A DNA stretch of 60,238 bases, counting the filler. It is 9 parts of 9 records of this genome, joined end to end, with 100 filler letters (N's around TTAATTAATTAA, not from the genome) between each part and the next. Parts side by side here need not be neighbours in the genome. Positions count along the whole stretch, not along the records: positions 39,461 to 47,539 come from SRR31147125_55459; positions 47,640 to 55,111 come from SRR31147125_55467; 7 more parts are not named here. One strand, given 5' to 3'. The position numbers were made by a program, and so were the translations under genes. Under the pieces are notes generated by a model. The model was given only the letters and a program-made list of their open reading frames with translations. It made no database searches and was not told the origin of the DNA. The number at the start of each line of letters is the position of its first letter. Position 1 is the stretch's first letter. Shown here piece by piece: positions 41,644 through 52,853 of this stretch.

Positions 41644-42990
41644 ATGAGCAACGTCCTGGAACACTATATTGAATATAAAGAAAAAATGTCTCAGGCCGAA
41701 AAACTTGAGTACCTGAATGATATCACCTTCTCCGAACTGCTTGACGCATGGCAGGAATTGAATACTGATGATGCCTTGTCTGTTTTTGTAGATCTTCCCA
41801 TGCATATCAAGACCGACCTGATTACCGAATTGAATGAAACCGAGCAGGAATTTATTATTTCAAGTCTCTCACTGCAGAATAAACGCACCCTGTTTCAAAT
41901 GATGGAACCTGATGACCTGGTTGATATCATGCAGAGTGCCACGAAGGATGTACGTGATGCGGTCTGGGAGAACCTTGGTGAAGAGAGCCGCAGAGAGATG
42001 CTGTTTCTGCTCAGGTTTGACGAAGACGATGCCGCAGGATTGATGACCCCCCGTTTTCTGGCAGTACAATCCGGTATTTCGGTACTTCAGGCTATCCAGT
42101 TCATCCGTGCCAACTGCAACTCTGTCGAATACTTGTTCAGTATCTATGTCATCGATAAGCTTGAGCGGCTTATCGGTATTATAACCATGAAAGAGCTGCT
42201 TGCTGCCGATGATGCTGCAATTATCTCCGAATTGATTCGGGATAAACCCGTTAGTGTTTACGATGACACCGACCAGGAAGATGTAGCCAGAATCATGGAA
42301 GAGAATGATATAGCGGCGATCCCGGTTACTACGCATGATAATGTCCTCATCGGTACGGTTACATTCGACGATGTAATTGATGTCATCCGTGAAGAACATA
42401 CAGAGGATGTCTATAAGATGGGAGCCATGAGCGGTTCCTCAGAATCGTATATGGATACCTCAATTTGGGGGCTGGTATGGAAACGTGTTCCATGGCTTAT
42501 CGTTCTGCTGCTGATGGGCACAATTTCAGCCAATATTCTTGATCATTATGCTTCATTGATGGTAGGTGCGGCATTTCTTATTATTTTCATGCCGGTCATC
42601 ACACAGACTGGCGGTAATGCAGGCAGTCAGGCATCTACACTGATGATTCGCGGTCTGGCTACCGGGGAAATCCAGTTCCGGGAAATCATGAAGATTCTTG
42701 GACGGGAATTTCTCATCGGTATATTTTTGGGAGTAGTTACCGGCCTCGTGATAATAGCCCGCAGCATCATCCTTCCACCGGGAGTTGGTGTATACGAAGG
42801 ATGTGTAATCGGCATATCTCTCATGCTGGTGGTACTTATTTCAAACCTGCTGGGAATTCTCGCTCCGCTGCTGATACATAAAGCCGGGATGGATCCTACA
42901 GTTATGTCGGCGCCTCTTATGGCCACTCTTATAGATATCTGCGGATACGCGATCTATTTTGAAACAGCCAGGGCTTTGCTGAATCTGTGA
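41644..42990 (+). CDS. mgtE: Magnesium transporter MgtE
   Basis: Own RBS AGGGAG before ATG 41644; AAGLMT, CBS pair, VTFDDVIDV, GGNAGSQ, DPTVMSAPLMATLID. Confidence 0.92.
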   Translation: MSNVLEHYIEYKEKMSQAEKLEYLNDITFSELLDAWQELNTDDALSVFVDLPMHIKTDLITELNETEQEFIISSLSLQNKRTLFQMMEPDDLVDIMQSATKDVRDAVWENLGEESRREMLFLLRFDEDDAAGLMTPRFLAVQSGISVLQAIQFIRANCNSVEYLFSIYVIDKLERLIGIITMKELLAADDAAIISELIRDKPVSVYDDTDQEDVARIMEENDIAAIPVTTHDNVLIGTVTFDDVIDVIREEHTEDVYKMGAMSGSSESYMDTSIWGLVWKRVPWLIVLLLMGTISANILDHYASLMVGAAFLIIFMPVITQTGGNAGSQASTLMIRGLATGEIQFREIMKILGREFLIGIFLGVVTGLVIIARSIILPPGVGVYEGCVIGISLMLVVLISNLLGILAPLLIHKAGMDPTVMSAPLMATLIDICGYAIYFETARALLNL

Positions 42991-42991
42991 T

Positions 42992-44443
42992 TTATTTTCC
43001 CGACGGCACAATTTCCACAGTACATGCAATGGATGCCTGACCTGTAGTATCTACCCGGTATTCAATCTCGCCCCCGTTGAATAACGATGCCTTGACCTCT
43101 ATCCAGCCGGTACTTTCCAGATCAGAGTGCGATATACCAAGCTCCCACTCTACCGAATTTACCGGAAAACAGAGTTTGATTGATTCTTTTTGACTTGTGG
43201 AGTTTAGATTCTTATAAGTAATATATCTTTCGGCTTTACAGACTAGTTTTCCGAATGTGCAGGTGCAGCCTATTCTTACATTTCTCTCAATCGCATATTG
43301 CCGCATGTTTCCGCAGTAACTGTATGCCACTGTATCCCGGATGTTGAATTTCAGAATACTGATTTCTCCTTTGAATAGTGTGGTCAGAGTGCGTTCCCCC
43401 TGTGTGCCCGCTTCCTCTGCGATATAACGCGGCAGATAGTTTACTTTCTCGAAAAACTCGATATCTATGGAAATACATTCGGCAGGATCCAGGGCAAGCC
43501 GAAATGTGTGGTGCGATTTTACCGGATCGCCCGAGGCAGGATATATTGCTGGATAAGCCCGCGAATAGAGGGCCTGGGATATGCTTGCCTGGATTCTTTC
43601 CAGATTAAAGGAGGATTTTGAGAGAACAATCATCCCCGCTTCCTGAAAAACATCGACTGCATGAATCAGCAGTATGGATTGAGAAGCTCGATCATGCTCC
43701 TGAGCCATAACCAGACCGGTTGTAATACCCCTAACGGCACTGTTTCTATCCGCGGGAACCCGATGATATATGTCGTCCGGGATATCTTTTGTTGAATATC
43801 CATGAAAAATCAGACTGGTCTGAATAAGACTATCAGCAATTTCACATTGTGCTGAAATTCCTGTTTTACTGAATGTCTGAAACTGATACCCAGGCAATGT
43901 GCCGAATAGTATTACAGTCACCGGACATTGCGGCAGATTCCGATTTTCAGTAATATCCGGCAGCTCTCCACTCCAGTGCAGAAAAAATTCAGGACCGGCC
44001 GCTGATGTGCCTGCATCCGATAGATTCACCGGAAGCAGCCGAATATTTGTTGCTGCGACACCTCTATCGCACACTGAAGCATTGAATGGCTGCTCCAGAA
44101 CTGATACAAGTCCGTCAATATATACAGACCCAAAACCTAAAGTGATTCCACCCAATGACTGCCGGTAGGCCAGTTTCACCTGGGTTACATCATGTGTCTC
44201 TCTTTTCTGCACCACCTCCAGAGCTGAATGCTCTGTTCTGAACACCGTCTCCTGAACCAGAATTTCAGTGGAAATCTCATACTGCAGATTAATCTGCACA
44301 GAGATCTGCTCGATAAGTTCATCGGTACAGGGTTCTGTCTCTGTCTGTGAATTCAGCCCGCCTTCAATCGGTACGGCGGCTCCCAGCGGCAGCATCATAC
44401 CGAAAAACCAAACAGCTGCAGTTACTAAAGTATGTATTCGCAT
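42992..44443 (-). CDS. Hypothetical exported protein, beta-strand rich
   Basis: 483-aa ORF with a signal-peptide-like N-terminus; no family recognised. Confidence 0.6.
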   Translation of the reverse strand: MRIHTLVTAAVWFFGMMLPLGAAVPIEGGLNSQTETEPCTDELIEQISVQINLQYEISTEILVQETVFRTEHSALEVVQKRETHDVTQVKLAYRQSLGGITLGFGSVYIDGLVSVLEQPFNASVCDRGVAATNIRLLPVNLSDAGTSAAGPEFFLHWSGELPDITENRNLPQCPVTVILFGTLPGYQFQTFSKTGISAQCEIADSLIQTSLIFHGYSTKDIPDDIYHRVPADRNSAVRGITTGLVMAQEHDRASQSILLIHAVDVFQEAGMIVLSKSSFNLERIQASISQALYSRAYPAIYPASGDPVKSHHTFRLALDPAECISIDIEFFEKVNYLPRYIAEEAGTQGERTLTTLFKGEISILKFNIRDTVAYSYCGNMRQYAIERNVRIGCTCTFGKLVCKAERYITYKNLNSTSQKESIKLCFPVNSVEWELGISHSDLESTGWIEVKASLFNGGEIEYRVDTTGQASIACTVEIVPSGK

Positions 44444-44755
44444 ATCTTCATTTACAGAGAATATGCCAATAATCCTTCATTTACTGCTCCTTTTTATTGC
44501 ATAAATCAGCATAAAGTGGCAAAATAATTTGGTCTTAAAACCACATTCCCAGAATTTTCAGATGCCCGGTCTCACTTTTTTGAGGCAGACTGTGAATGAC
44601 TAGATAAATTTGGATTAATCGTTGCTGCAAAGCCATTTTTGTTAAAGTATATGCTGTAATGCTCTGATAAAACCAAGTAGGGAAAATCAGTTTTTGGATA
44701 AAATTTTATTAATTTATGATATAATCAGCTAAGGTTTGAGTGCGGAGGATTTCAC

Positions 44756-46096
44756 ATGGTTATTATGACGCTAAATTGCGGTAGTTCATCGGTAAAATAT
44801 CAGGTATATGACTGGAAAAACCGTGATGTTCTGGCTGTCGGAGTTGTTGAACGTATTGGACAGGATGTTTCCCCTATTGAACACAATTACAATGGAAATG
44901 AGATAGTTGAGGAATTTGCCTGCCCCACCCATAAAGAAGCGATAGAAAAAATTCTTTCCATGATCACTGGTTCAGAACATGGTGTTCTTGAATCAATCGA
45001 TGCCATTAAAGCGATCGGACATCGTGTCGTTCATGGTGGTGAGGTTTTCAAAAAATCGGTTGTTATTGATGAAGCAGCCCTGGAGACTTTTGAATCTCTG
45101 ATTCATCTTGCGCCGCTGCATATGCCGGCCAATATTCTGGGAATAAAAGCGGCTCAGGCAGTTTTACCGAAGATCACCCACTGCGCGATCATGGATACCG
45201 CATGGCACCAGACTATGCCGAAGGCGGCCTTTCTGTATGCGGTGCCTATGGAATGGTACGAAAAATACAATGTACGAAGATATGGCTTTCATGGTACCAG
45301 CTATATCTACACTGCAAAACGGGCAGCGGCACTGCTTGGCAAGGATCCGATGGAAACAAACCTGATTATAGCCCATATCGGTAATGGCGCTTCTATTTGT
45401 GCCGTTAAGAACGGTATCTGCATCGATACATCGATGGGGCTGACTCCTCTTGAAGGACTTATCATGGGAACCAGATCGGGGGATCTGGATCCGGCAATTA
45501 TTCCATTCATGATAAATACAGCCGGCATGACAGCTCATGAAATGGATACGGCTCTGAATAAACAGAGCGGGTTGAAAGGAATTACCGGAACCATGACAGA
45601 CCGCCGGGATATCCGGGACAGTGCGGCGAAAGGAAATGAGACCAGTCAGCTTGCTATAGATATGGAATGCTATCGACTGAAGAAATACATCGGTTCGTAT
45701 GCAGCTGCTCTGGGTCGGGTTGACGCGATCGTTATGACCGCCGGGGTTGGCGAAATGGCTCCACATATTAGAATAAAAGCACTTCAGGGGCTGGAAAACA
45801 TCGGTATAGTAATAGATCAGGATAAGAACACAAAAGCTCAGTGTAGAAATGCCGAACTGGATATTTCGACTGCCGAATCTCCAACACGTATTTATGTGAT
45901 CCCTACTGATGAAGAGCTGGTAATGACAGAGGATACTCACGCCTTGCTGCGTGATGAATATGATATTCATACACAATTCAGCTACAGTTTCCAGAGTCCG
46001 ACTTTTGTCAACAAATCAAGAAAAGCGGCTTTTGCCCGAGATATGGTGAAAAAACCCTATCTAAAAGACATCGTTGTCTACCCGCCCTTAATGTAA
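44756..46096 (+). CDS. ackA: Acetate kinase
   Basis: [48 protein letters not shown]. Confidence 0.97.
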   Translation: MVIMTLNCGSSSVKYQVYDWKNRDVLAVGVVERIGQDVSPIEHNYNGNEIVEEFACPTHKEAIEKILSMITGSEHGVLESIDAIKAIGHRVVHGGEVFKKSVVIDEAALETFESLIHLAPLHMPANILGIKAAQAVLPKITHCAIMDTAWHQTMPKAAFLYAVPMEWYEKYNVRRYGFHGTSYIYTAKRAAALLGKDPMETNLIIAHIGNGASICAVKNGICIDTSMGLTPLEGLIMGTRSGDLDPAIIPFMINTAGMTAHEMDTALNKQSGLKGITGTMTDRRDIRDSAAKGNETSQLAIDMECYRLKKYIGSYAAALGRVDAIVMTAGVGEMAPHIRIKALQGLENIGIVIDQDKNTKAQCRNAELDISTAESPTRIYVIPTDEELVMTEDTHALLRDEYDIHTQFSYSFQSPTFVNKSRKAAFARDMVKKPYLKDIVVYPPLM

Positions 46097-46192
46097 CGCA
46101 TTTCCCAGTGTGAATCGTAATCGCTTTCACACAATATAAACGACATGCTAATCGGTATTCGGTCATATGGTGGCCGTATACCGAAATTCTGA

Positions 46193-46248
46193 TTGACATC
46201 CTCATACTTTTTTGTCATACTGCTTTGTGAAATTTCACGTGATATTTC
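46193..46248 (+). promoter_or_regulatory. Sigma70 promoter with palindromic operator upstream of the GntR gene
   Basis: TTGACA 46193-46198, 17-bp spacer, CATACT 46216-46221; palindrome GTGAAATTTCAC 46227-46238 followed by GTGATATTTC. Confidence 0.6.
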
Positions 46249-46270
46249 TTAAACGAAAAGGAGTTGCTGC

Positions 46271-46918
46271 GTGCCTTCCGCCCTTGCAGAAAAAGTTCAC
46301 TCCCTGATGCTTCGCGATTTTTTAAACGGCACACTGCAGCCAGGTGACATCCTTAACAGACGCCAGCTTGCCCTTGCATATGATGTGAGTGTTACTCCTG
46401 TTCTAGAAGCCATCACACTATTGGAAATTGAAGGTTTTGTTGAAACTCTGCCCCGTAAAGGAACCAAAGTTAAACCGATTAATCAGACCTCAATTCTTGA
46501 GAGTTTCATGTTAAGAGATGCCATAGAGACAAAAGCGGCACGACTTTATCATGGGCAAACAATCCGAAACCACCTTGATGAATTGCTTCAGCTGGCCGCT
46601 GACGTTGATCATGCTTCCGATAAAAACTTTGAGGATTGGATGGTAGAAATACATTTCCACCATAGACTGGTAGAACTTGCCGGCTATACTGCATTGACCA
46701 GAACATATGAACAGGCTATGCATCTCAATATATTCTTCGGCATGACGCAATTTATCCCCGCCAGCAGGCAGGTCCCCCGTGACAACCATATTAATCTGAT
46801 CACAAATCTGGCTGACGCAAAATCAGCGAATGAAGCCGGATCCATAATACGTAAACATGTCTGGTACGGAAAAGAGTATATACTCGAACGTTCCGGACTA
46901 TCTTTGGAGGAGATATGA
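46271..46918 (+). CDS. GntR-family (FCD) transcriptional regulator
   Basis: LQPGD..QLA..VSVTPVLEA..LE.EG.V..PRKGT; FHHRLV. Confidence 0.9.
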   Translation: MPSALAEKVHSLMLRDFLNGTLQPGDILNRRQLALAYDVSVTPVLEAITLLEIEGFVETLPRKGTKVKPINQTSILESFMLRDAIETKAARLYHGQTIRNHLDELLQLAADVDHASDKNFEDWMVEIHFHHRLVELAGYTALTRTYEQAMHLNIFFGMTQFIPASRQVPRDNHINLITNLADAKSANEAGSIIRKHVWYGKEYILERSGLSLEEI

Positions 46919-47539
46919 AAATAGTTTTGGCACCTGATTCATTTAAAGGCAACCAATCTGCGATGGCAGTGGGAAAAGCAATGGAGCGCGGCATAAAGCG
47001 CTTTAATAACGATATTGAAACTATCATTGTCCCCATGGCAGACGGCGGTGAAGGGACCGTAGAGTCTACCGCATCAACAACCGATGGCGCAATAAAAACC
47101 TGCACCGTACATGGGCCGCTCATGGAAAAGATAACCGCTGAATACTGCATTCTGGAGAAGGAGCAGACAGCCGTTATAGAAATGGCTGCCGCATCCGGCC
47201 TGCCGCTAGTACCGATGGATAAGAGAAATCCCGAATTAACCTCCACTTTGGGAACCGGTGAGTTGATAAAAGATGCCCTGAATAACGGCTGCAGAAAAAT
47301 TATTCTGGGGATTGGCGGAAGTTCAACAACAGATGGCGGGATTGGAGCCGCTTATGCGCTCGGTGTCAGGTTTTACGATAAAGATGGCAATGAAACCGGC
47401 ATCTCTGGTTCCGATATGGAAAAAGTTGTAAACATCGATATATCCAACCTTGACCCGCGAATCAAGGAGACGGAAATTCTTACAGCATGTGATGTAAATA
47501 ACCCCTTCTATGGAAAAAATGGTGCCGCTTATGTATATG
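46915..47539 (+). CDS. Glycerate kinase (GlxK/GarK family), 3' partial
   Basis: MKIVLAPDSFKG, PMADGGEGT, IEMAAASGL, GIGGSSTTDGG. Confidence 0.93.
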
Positions 47540-47639
47540 NNNNNNNNNNNNNNNNNNNNNNNNNNNNNNNNNNNNNNNNNNNNTTAATTAATTAANNNNN
47601 NNNNNNNNNNNNNNNNNNNNNNNNNNNNNNNNNNNNNNN
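47540..47639. other. Artificial contig spacer
   Basis: N44-TTAATTAATTAA-N44. Confidence 0.99.
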
Positions 47640-47954
47640 ACGCAAAACATGAATAATTGCATCGGTTTCCCTAATATTACCAAGGAATTTATTACCAAGC
47701 CCTTCACCTTTACTGGCACCTCTCACCAAGCCTGCAATATCAACTATCTCGACTGTTGTTGGCACCACTCTTTCTGGGTCAACCAGTTTTTCCAGCTCAA
47801 TCAATCGATCGTCTGGAACAGTGATTACGCCTATGTTTGGTTCTATCGTACAAAAAGGAAAATTTGCAGACTGCGCCTTAGCATTTGACAAGCAGTTAAA
47901 TAATGTTGATTTACCTACGTTGGGCAATCCAACAATTCCACACTTTAAAGCCAT
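47640..47954 (-). CDS. ychF: Redox-regulated ATPase YchF, 3' partial
   Basis: [45 protein letters not shown]. Confidence 0.97.
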
Positions 47955-47979
47955 TTCTATCTTCTTAAAAATTGAGGGG

Positions 47980-47987
47980 CAAAGTTA
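47980..47987 (-). promoter_or_regulatory. Bacteroidetes -7 promoter element for ychF
   Basis: TAACTTTG on the minus strand fits TAnnTTTG; a second match (TATTTTTG, 52732-52739) lies before hisS. Confidence 0.6.
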
Positions 47988-48115
47988 ATCCTTTTTAGCT
48001 ATTTTTGATCACACAAAATACGATAGCCATTTTATTTTTTATTTTGGTTAAATAGTGTTAATGGATTAAACCTTTTCGACATTATTCTATCTCAGGAGAA
48101 AATTAAAAACAATTC

Positions 48116-48661
48116 ATGAATAAGGACCAGTTTCTAATTTCAGAACTTCAAGATGAACGCACTAGAAACAGTGCTTTCAACGAGCTGGTTTCAGATTATC
48201 AGGAAAGACTGTATTGGCACATCCGTAAAATTGTTTTAAACCATGATGATGCAGATGACATCTTACAGAATACATTTTTGAAAGCATGGAAAGGTATTGG
48301 AAATTTCAGGGCTGAGTCTGGAATTTTCACCTGGCTATACCGAATCGCCACAAATGAATCGCTTACTTTTTTGGAACAGAGAAAAAGAAAAGCCATGAGT
48401 GGAATGTCTGAAATAAACGAATACCTGCTGGAGAATCTTGAAACTGATCCATTCTTTGATGGTGATGAAGCACAACGAAAACTCCAAAGAGCAATTACCA
48501 GGCTACCAGATAAACAACGACTGGTTTTTAATATGAGATATTTTGATGATATGAAATACCAGGATATGGTGAAAATTTTAGACACTTCGGAAGGAGCACT
48601 AAAAGCATCGTATCATCACGCAGTTAAAAAAATTGAAGATCACTTAAAATCTGGCAGTTAG
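48116..48661 (+). CDS. ECF RNA polymerase sigma factor
   Basis: DADDILQNTFLKAW, TWLYRIATNE, LPDKQRLVF, GALKASYHHAVKKI. Confidence 0.93.
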   Translation: MNKDQFLISELQDERTRNSAFNELVSDYQERLYWHIRKIVLNHDDADDILQNTFLKAWKGIGNFRAESGIFTWLYRIATNESLTFLEQRKRKAMSGMSEINEYLLENLETDPFFDGDEAQRKLQRAITRLPDKQRLVFNMRYFDDMKYQDMVKILDTSEGALKASYHHAVKKIEDHLKSGS

Positions 48662-48683
48662 CCAATATTTTTTAATGATCGTT

Positions 48684-48709
48684 TAAACTTTTATACTTTT
48701 AATACGTCA
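48684..48709 (+). promoter_or_regulatory. Candidate ECF-type promoter (TAAAC-N16-CGTC)
   Basis: TAAAC 48684-48688 and CGTC 48705-48708; a similar TAAAC-N16-TATC lies before the sigma gene (48067-48091). Confidence 0.5.
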
Positions 48710-48726
48710 AAGAGAAAAGTTATCGG

Positions 48727-49173
48727 ATGAAAGAACAAATAAACATAGATTCACCACTGTCAGGTACTCCCAAAAAGAACCCGTTTAAAACTCCTGAAGG
48801 ATACTTTGAAACTCTTCAAACCCGAATTGAATCTCAAATTGAAGCTGAAAATACGAGTGTTTCAAAAAGGACACAAATTATTCGAGTTTTGAAACCAGCA
48901 CTGTCATTAGCTGCTAGTTTTGCATTGATTTTTCTATTGGTTTATTATCCTATTAATAAATTCTTACCTAACTATTTAAACTCAAACCAAGTGGTTGAAA
49001 ATAATGAACTTGAAATTGAAGATAATTATATGATTTCATTTTCAAATGACCACTCACTTATAGAATATATCTCACAGCCAGATGAAAAAATTGAACCTTC
49101 AGATGAGATTTATGCTTATTTATCTGTTGAAATGACAGATGCTGATTTTTATAACGAATTGATAAAAAACTAA
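48727..49173 (+). CDS. Putative anti-sigma membrane protein
   Basis: NPFKTPEGYFE motif plus a single TM helix, directly after the ECF sigma gene. Confidence 0.75.
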   Translation: MKEQINIDSPLSGTPKKNPFKTPEGYFETLQTRIESQIEAENTSVSKRTQIIRVLKPALSLAASFALIFLLVYYPINKFLPNYLNSNQVVENNELEIEDNYMISFSNDHSLIEYISQPDEKIEPSDEIYAYLSVEMTDADFYNELIKN

Positions 49174-49175
49174 TT

Positions 49176-49628
49176 ATGAAGAAGCTGATTATTTTTGCCG
49201 GTTTCATATTATTTACGCTTAGTATTTTTGCCCAACGTGGAAAAGGCAAATGGGAAGGTTGGGAGGAATTTCGTGCACAAAAAGTCACATTTATGACTGA
49301 AAAGCTTGAGCTAACTCCTGAGGAAGCACAGATTTTCTGGCCACATTATAATGCATTCGACAAACAACGAATGGAATTACACGAAAAGAAACGTGAAGTT
49401 GAAAAGAATGTATGGAACAACCTGGAAACCTACACCGACAAACAACTTGAAGAAGCTCATCAAACACTGATGAACTTGCATGACAAGGAACATGAGATCA
49501 ACAAGAAATACCGTCAAAAGTTTTATGAGATCCTTCCTCCAAAGAAGGCATTAGCCATTGATTATACCGAACATGAATTCCGCTCCTTTATGTTTCGGGA
49601 ATATCGAAAACGAAAACAAAACGACTAA
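49176..49628 (+). CDS. Periplasmic Spy/CpxP-like helical protein
   Basis: Signal peptide; KVTFMTEKLELTPEEAQIFWPHYN. Confidence 0.75.
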   Translation: MKKLIIFAGFILFTLSIFAQRGKGKWEGWEEFRAQKVTFMTEKLELTPEEAQIFWPHYNAFDKQRMELHEKKREVEKNVWNNLETYTDKQLEEAHQTLMNLHDKEHEINKKYRQKFYEILPPKKALAIDYTEHEFRSFMFREYRKRKQND

Positions 49629-49636
49629 AAATATAG

Positions 49637-49670
49637 AATAGAGTCTCATGAGCATGTGACTCTATTTTTT
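49637..49670. terminator. Hairpin terminator between convergent genes
   Basis: AATAGAGTCTCATG / CATGTGACTCTATT followed by a T-run. Confidence 0.65.
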
Positions 49671-51165
49671 TAACCAAACTTTCCTTCATCCAGAAATTTA
49701 ATCGTCCTATTTATTCCTTCGTACATCAATGTATCTTCCTCAACAAAATCGACCAAACTTCTATATTCAGATACAAACTCTTCAAGGTAATCTGAACTTT
49801 TCAATGGTCTTCTGAAATGAAGCGCCTGAGCAGCATTGTATAATTCAATTGCTAAAACTTTTAGGGTATTATCAGAAACTTTCAATGCTTTTGTAGCCGC
49901 ATTACCGCCCATACTCACATGATCTTCCTGCTCATTCGATGAAGGAATTGAATCGACCGAAGCCGGGGTACAGAGCTGCTTATTCTGACTAACAATTGAA
50001 GCTGCAGCATACTGCGGGATCATAAAACCAGAGTTTAATCCCTGATTAGCGACTAGAAACTCCGGCAATCCACGTTCTCCAGAGATCAACCGGTACGTGC
50101 GTCTTTCAGAAATACTTGCCAACTCAGAAACTGCCATAGCCAAAAAATCGAGAGATAAAGCCAATGGCTCACCATGAAAGTTTCCACCTGATATAATTAA
50201 GTCATCATCAGGAAACACCGTAGGGTTATCGGTTACAGAATTAATTTCTGTTTCAATCACGCCTGAAACATAGTTCACTGCATCCTTTACCGCTCCATGA
50301 ACCTGAGGCATACATCTGAAAGAATAAGGATCCTGCACATGATTCTTTTCTCTCGAAATTAACTCACTTCCTTCCAGTATATGCCTAAAATTATGAGCCG
50401 TTTCAATTTGGCCTGCATGAGGTCTTATCTCCTGAATCTGCGTTGAGAACGGATCAAGCAAACCATCAAAACTATCCAAAGAAAGTGCTCCAATAACATC
50501 GGCATATTTTACAACCTTAAAGGTTTTCAGCAATGTATAAACACCGTGCGCACTCATAAACTGAGTCCCATTCAATAAAGCCAGACCTTCTTTGGCGGCT
50601 AACTTAATTGAATTCCATTTCTTTTCAGCAAGCACCTTCTTTGCCTTTACTTTTTGTCCTTCATAATTCACAGTTCCCATCCCAAGCAATGGAAGAAAAA
50701 GCATAGCCAAAGGAGCCAAATCACCGCTTGCCCCCAGCGAACCTTGTTCAAAAACTTCCGGCAAAATATCTTCATTAAACAAATCTAAAATTCGCTGAAC
50801 GGTAATTAACTGAACAGCAGAATTTCCCTTAGCTAAAGCATGGGCTTTTAATAGCAACATCAGCCTAACAATATCCAGAGGCACTTCATTCCCAAGATTA
50901 CAAGCATGTGAAACCACAAGGTTTTCCTGTAATTTACTTAAATCTGAATTAGAAACTTCCCGATCGCACAATGCTCCAAATCCGGTGTTAATTCCATAAA
51001 GTGGTCCTTTACTTTCTTGTAATTTTCGATCAAGATAGGCTTTGGATTTTTCAATCAGCTTTACAGATTCTTCTGAAAGAACCAGTATTCTTTTTCTTCC
51101 AGAATTGCTTCAATAATCTCAAAACTCAATGGCTCTTTACTGATATAATGAATTTTACGCTCCAT
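49670..51165 (-). CDS. hutH: Histidine ammonia-lyase, frameshifted in an A5 run near 51091-51095
   Basis: ATG 51165 MERKIHYIS; +1 A joins to YGINTGFG; GASGDLAPL (MIO), NGTQ, QDPYSFRC, NFHG, QEDHVSMG. Confidence 0.93.
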
Positions 51166-51345
51166 TTTAATATTTTTTAGTGACTACTTCACGATAATAG
51201 AAAACAAGTGCCTTCTATTTAAAAAAATAAATGGAGTTCAGGGAACGCGTATATCGCTTCCTATTAATTTAACAGGACGGTCGTCCTTTTGGTTTGAGTA
51301 AAATTCTGTCGGCCACATACCGACAATTACGAGAATTCAATTTAT

Positions 51346-52707
51346 TTAAGAAAGGATTTTTATCAGTTCTTCAGGGGTGAGTAATTCTTGCGTCCCGGTT
51401 TTCATATCTTTCAGGTTAATTTTGCCTTGATCCATTTCCTGCTCACCAACCATCGCCACATAAGCAACCTGTTTACGATCTGCCCATGTCATTTGTTTTT
51501 TCATTTTTGCAGCCTCAGGATAAATCTCTGCATTTACCCCTGCTGCGCGAAGTTTTGCTAAAACTGGTAAACAAAAATGCTCTTCATTTTTTCCAAAATT
51601 AATAAACAATACCTTCGACGAAGCAACAGCCTCTTCTGGAAATATTTCCAGCTGAGTCATAACATCATAAATACGATCGGCTCCAAAAGAAATACCAACA
51701 CCCGACACATCGGGCATCCCAAAAATACCGGTCAAATCATCATAACGACCTCCACCACAAATACTACCAATTTGAACATCATTGGCTTTCACTTCAAATA
51801 TTGCACCGGTGTAATAATTCAACCCACGGGCAAGCGTAAGGTCTAGCTCAACAATTGTTTTCAATTCAAATTCAGAAATATAAGAAAATAGGGTACGCAT
51901 TTCCTCAACACCCTTTGTGCCTACTTCAGAAGCCGCAACAACTTGTTCAATCTGATCTAACTTTTCAGAATTATTTCCACTCAACTGCAAAATAGGCTGT
52001 AACTTCTGAACAGCCTCTTCTGAAATACCTTTATCAAGCAATTCCTGATTTACCTTTTCCAACCCTATTTTTTCAAGCTTATCAATTGCAACAGTAATAT
52101 CAATAATGCGATCAGCTTCTCCAATCGTTTCAGCAATTCCTGCTAATATTTTACGATTGTTTATTTTTACTGTTGTGCTAATATTCAACTTACCAAAAAC
52201 ATCGTTTATAATTTGCACCAACTCCAACTCATTAAGCAATGAGTTACTGCCAATCATATCAACATCGCATTGATAAAACTCACGATAACGCCCTTTCTGC
52301 GGTCGATCTGCCCTCCATACGGGCTGAATTTGATATCGTTTAAAAGGAAAAGAAATATCATTCCGATGTTGAACTACATACCTTGCAAATGGAACCGTAA
52401 GATCATAACGAAGCCCTTTTTCAGAAATTTTATTGGTCAAACTAATGCTGTTCTTTTTTTGAAGTTCAGCATCATTAACCTTCGAAAGGTAATCACCAGA
52501 GTTTAAGATTTTAAAAAGCAGCTTATCGCCTTCTTCACCATATTTTCCCATTAAGGTTGATAAATTTTCCATTGCCGGCGTTTCAATAGATTGAAATCCG
52601 TAACGTTGAAAAACTTGCTTCACCGTATCAAAAATGAAATTCCTCCGTGCCATTTCAATTGGAGAAAAATCGCGAGTTCCTTTAGGGATTGATGGTTTTT
52701 GAGCCAT
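51346..52707 (-). CDS. hisS: Histidine--tRNA ligase
   Basis: [57 protein letters not shown]. Confidence 0.97.
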   Translation of the reverse strand: MAQKPSIPKGTRDFSPIEMARRNFIFDTVKQVFQRYGFQSIETPAMENLSTLMGKYGEEGDKLLFKILNSGDYLSKVNDAELQKKNSISLTNKISEKGLRYDLTVPFARYVVQHRNDISFPFKRYQIQPVWRADRPQKGRYREFYQCDVDMIGSNSLLNELELVQIINDVFGKLNISTTVKINNRKILAGIAETIGEADRIIDITVAIDKLEKIGLEKVNQELLDKGISEEAVQKLQPILQLSGNNSEKLDQIEQVVAASEVGTKGVEEMRTLFSYISEFELKTIVELDLTLARGLNYYTGAIFEVKANDVQIGSICGGGRYDDLTGIFGMPDVSGVGISFGADRIYDVMTQLEIFPEEAVASSKVLFINFGKNEEHFCLPVLAKLRAAGVNAEIYPEAAKMKKQMTWADRKQVAYVAMVGEQEMDQGKINLKDMKTGTQELLTPEELIKILS

Positions 52708-52803
52708 GATCATTTTGCTTTTTATGAGCTGCAAAAATAACCAAATTCAGTTTGAGTTCAAGTTAAAAGATAAACTTATCTCAGTTTTGGGCATGTTTAG
52801 GCA

Positions 52804-52846
52804 CAATCAACAGATATTTTTGATGCAATCAGCAGATATTTTTGAT
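52804..52846. repeat. 21-bp tandem direct repeat upstream of hisS
   Basis: CAATCAACAGATATTTTTGAT and CAATCAGCAGATATTTTTGAT (1 mismatch, 22-bp period). Confidence 0.85.
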
Positions 52847-52853
52847 TGTTATA

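Noticed and set aside
40603..42990. Apparent 795-aa MurB-MgtE fusion protein
   Set aside because: One more A in the A5 run at 41575-41579 ends MurB at TAA 41598-41600, and mgtE has its own RBS and ATG at 41644. This fits the single-base losses seen elsewhere, so it is probably an artefact; reads would settle it.
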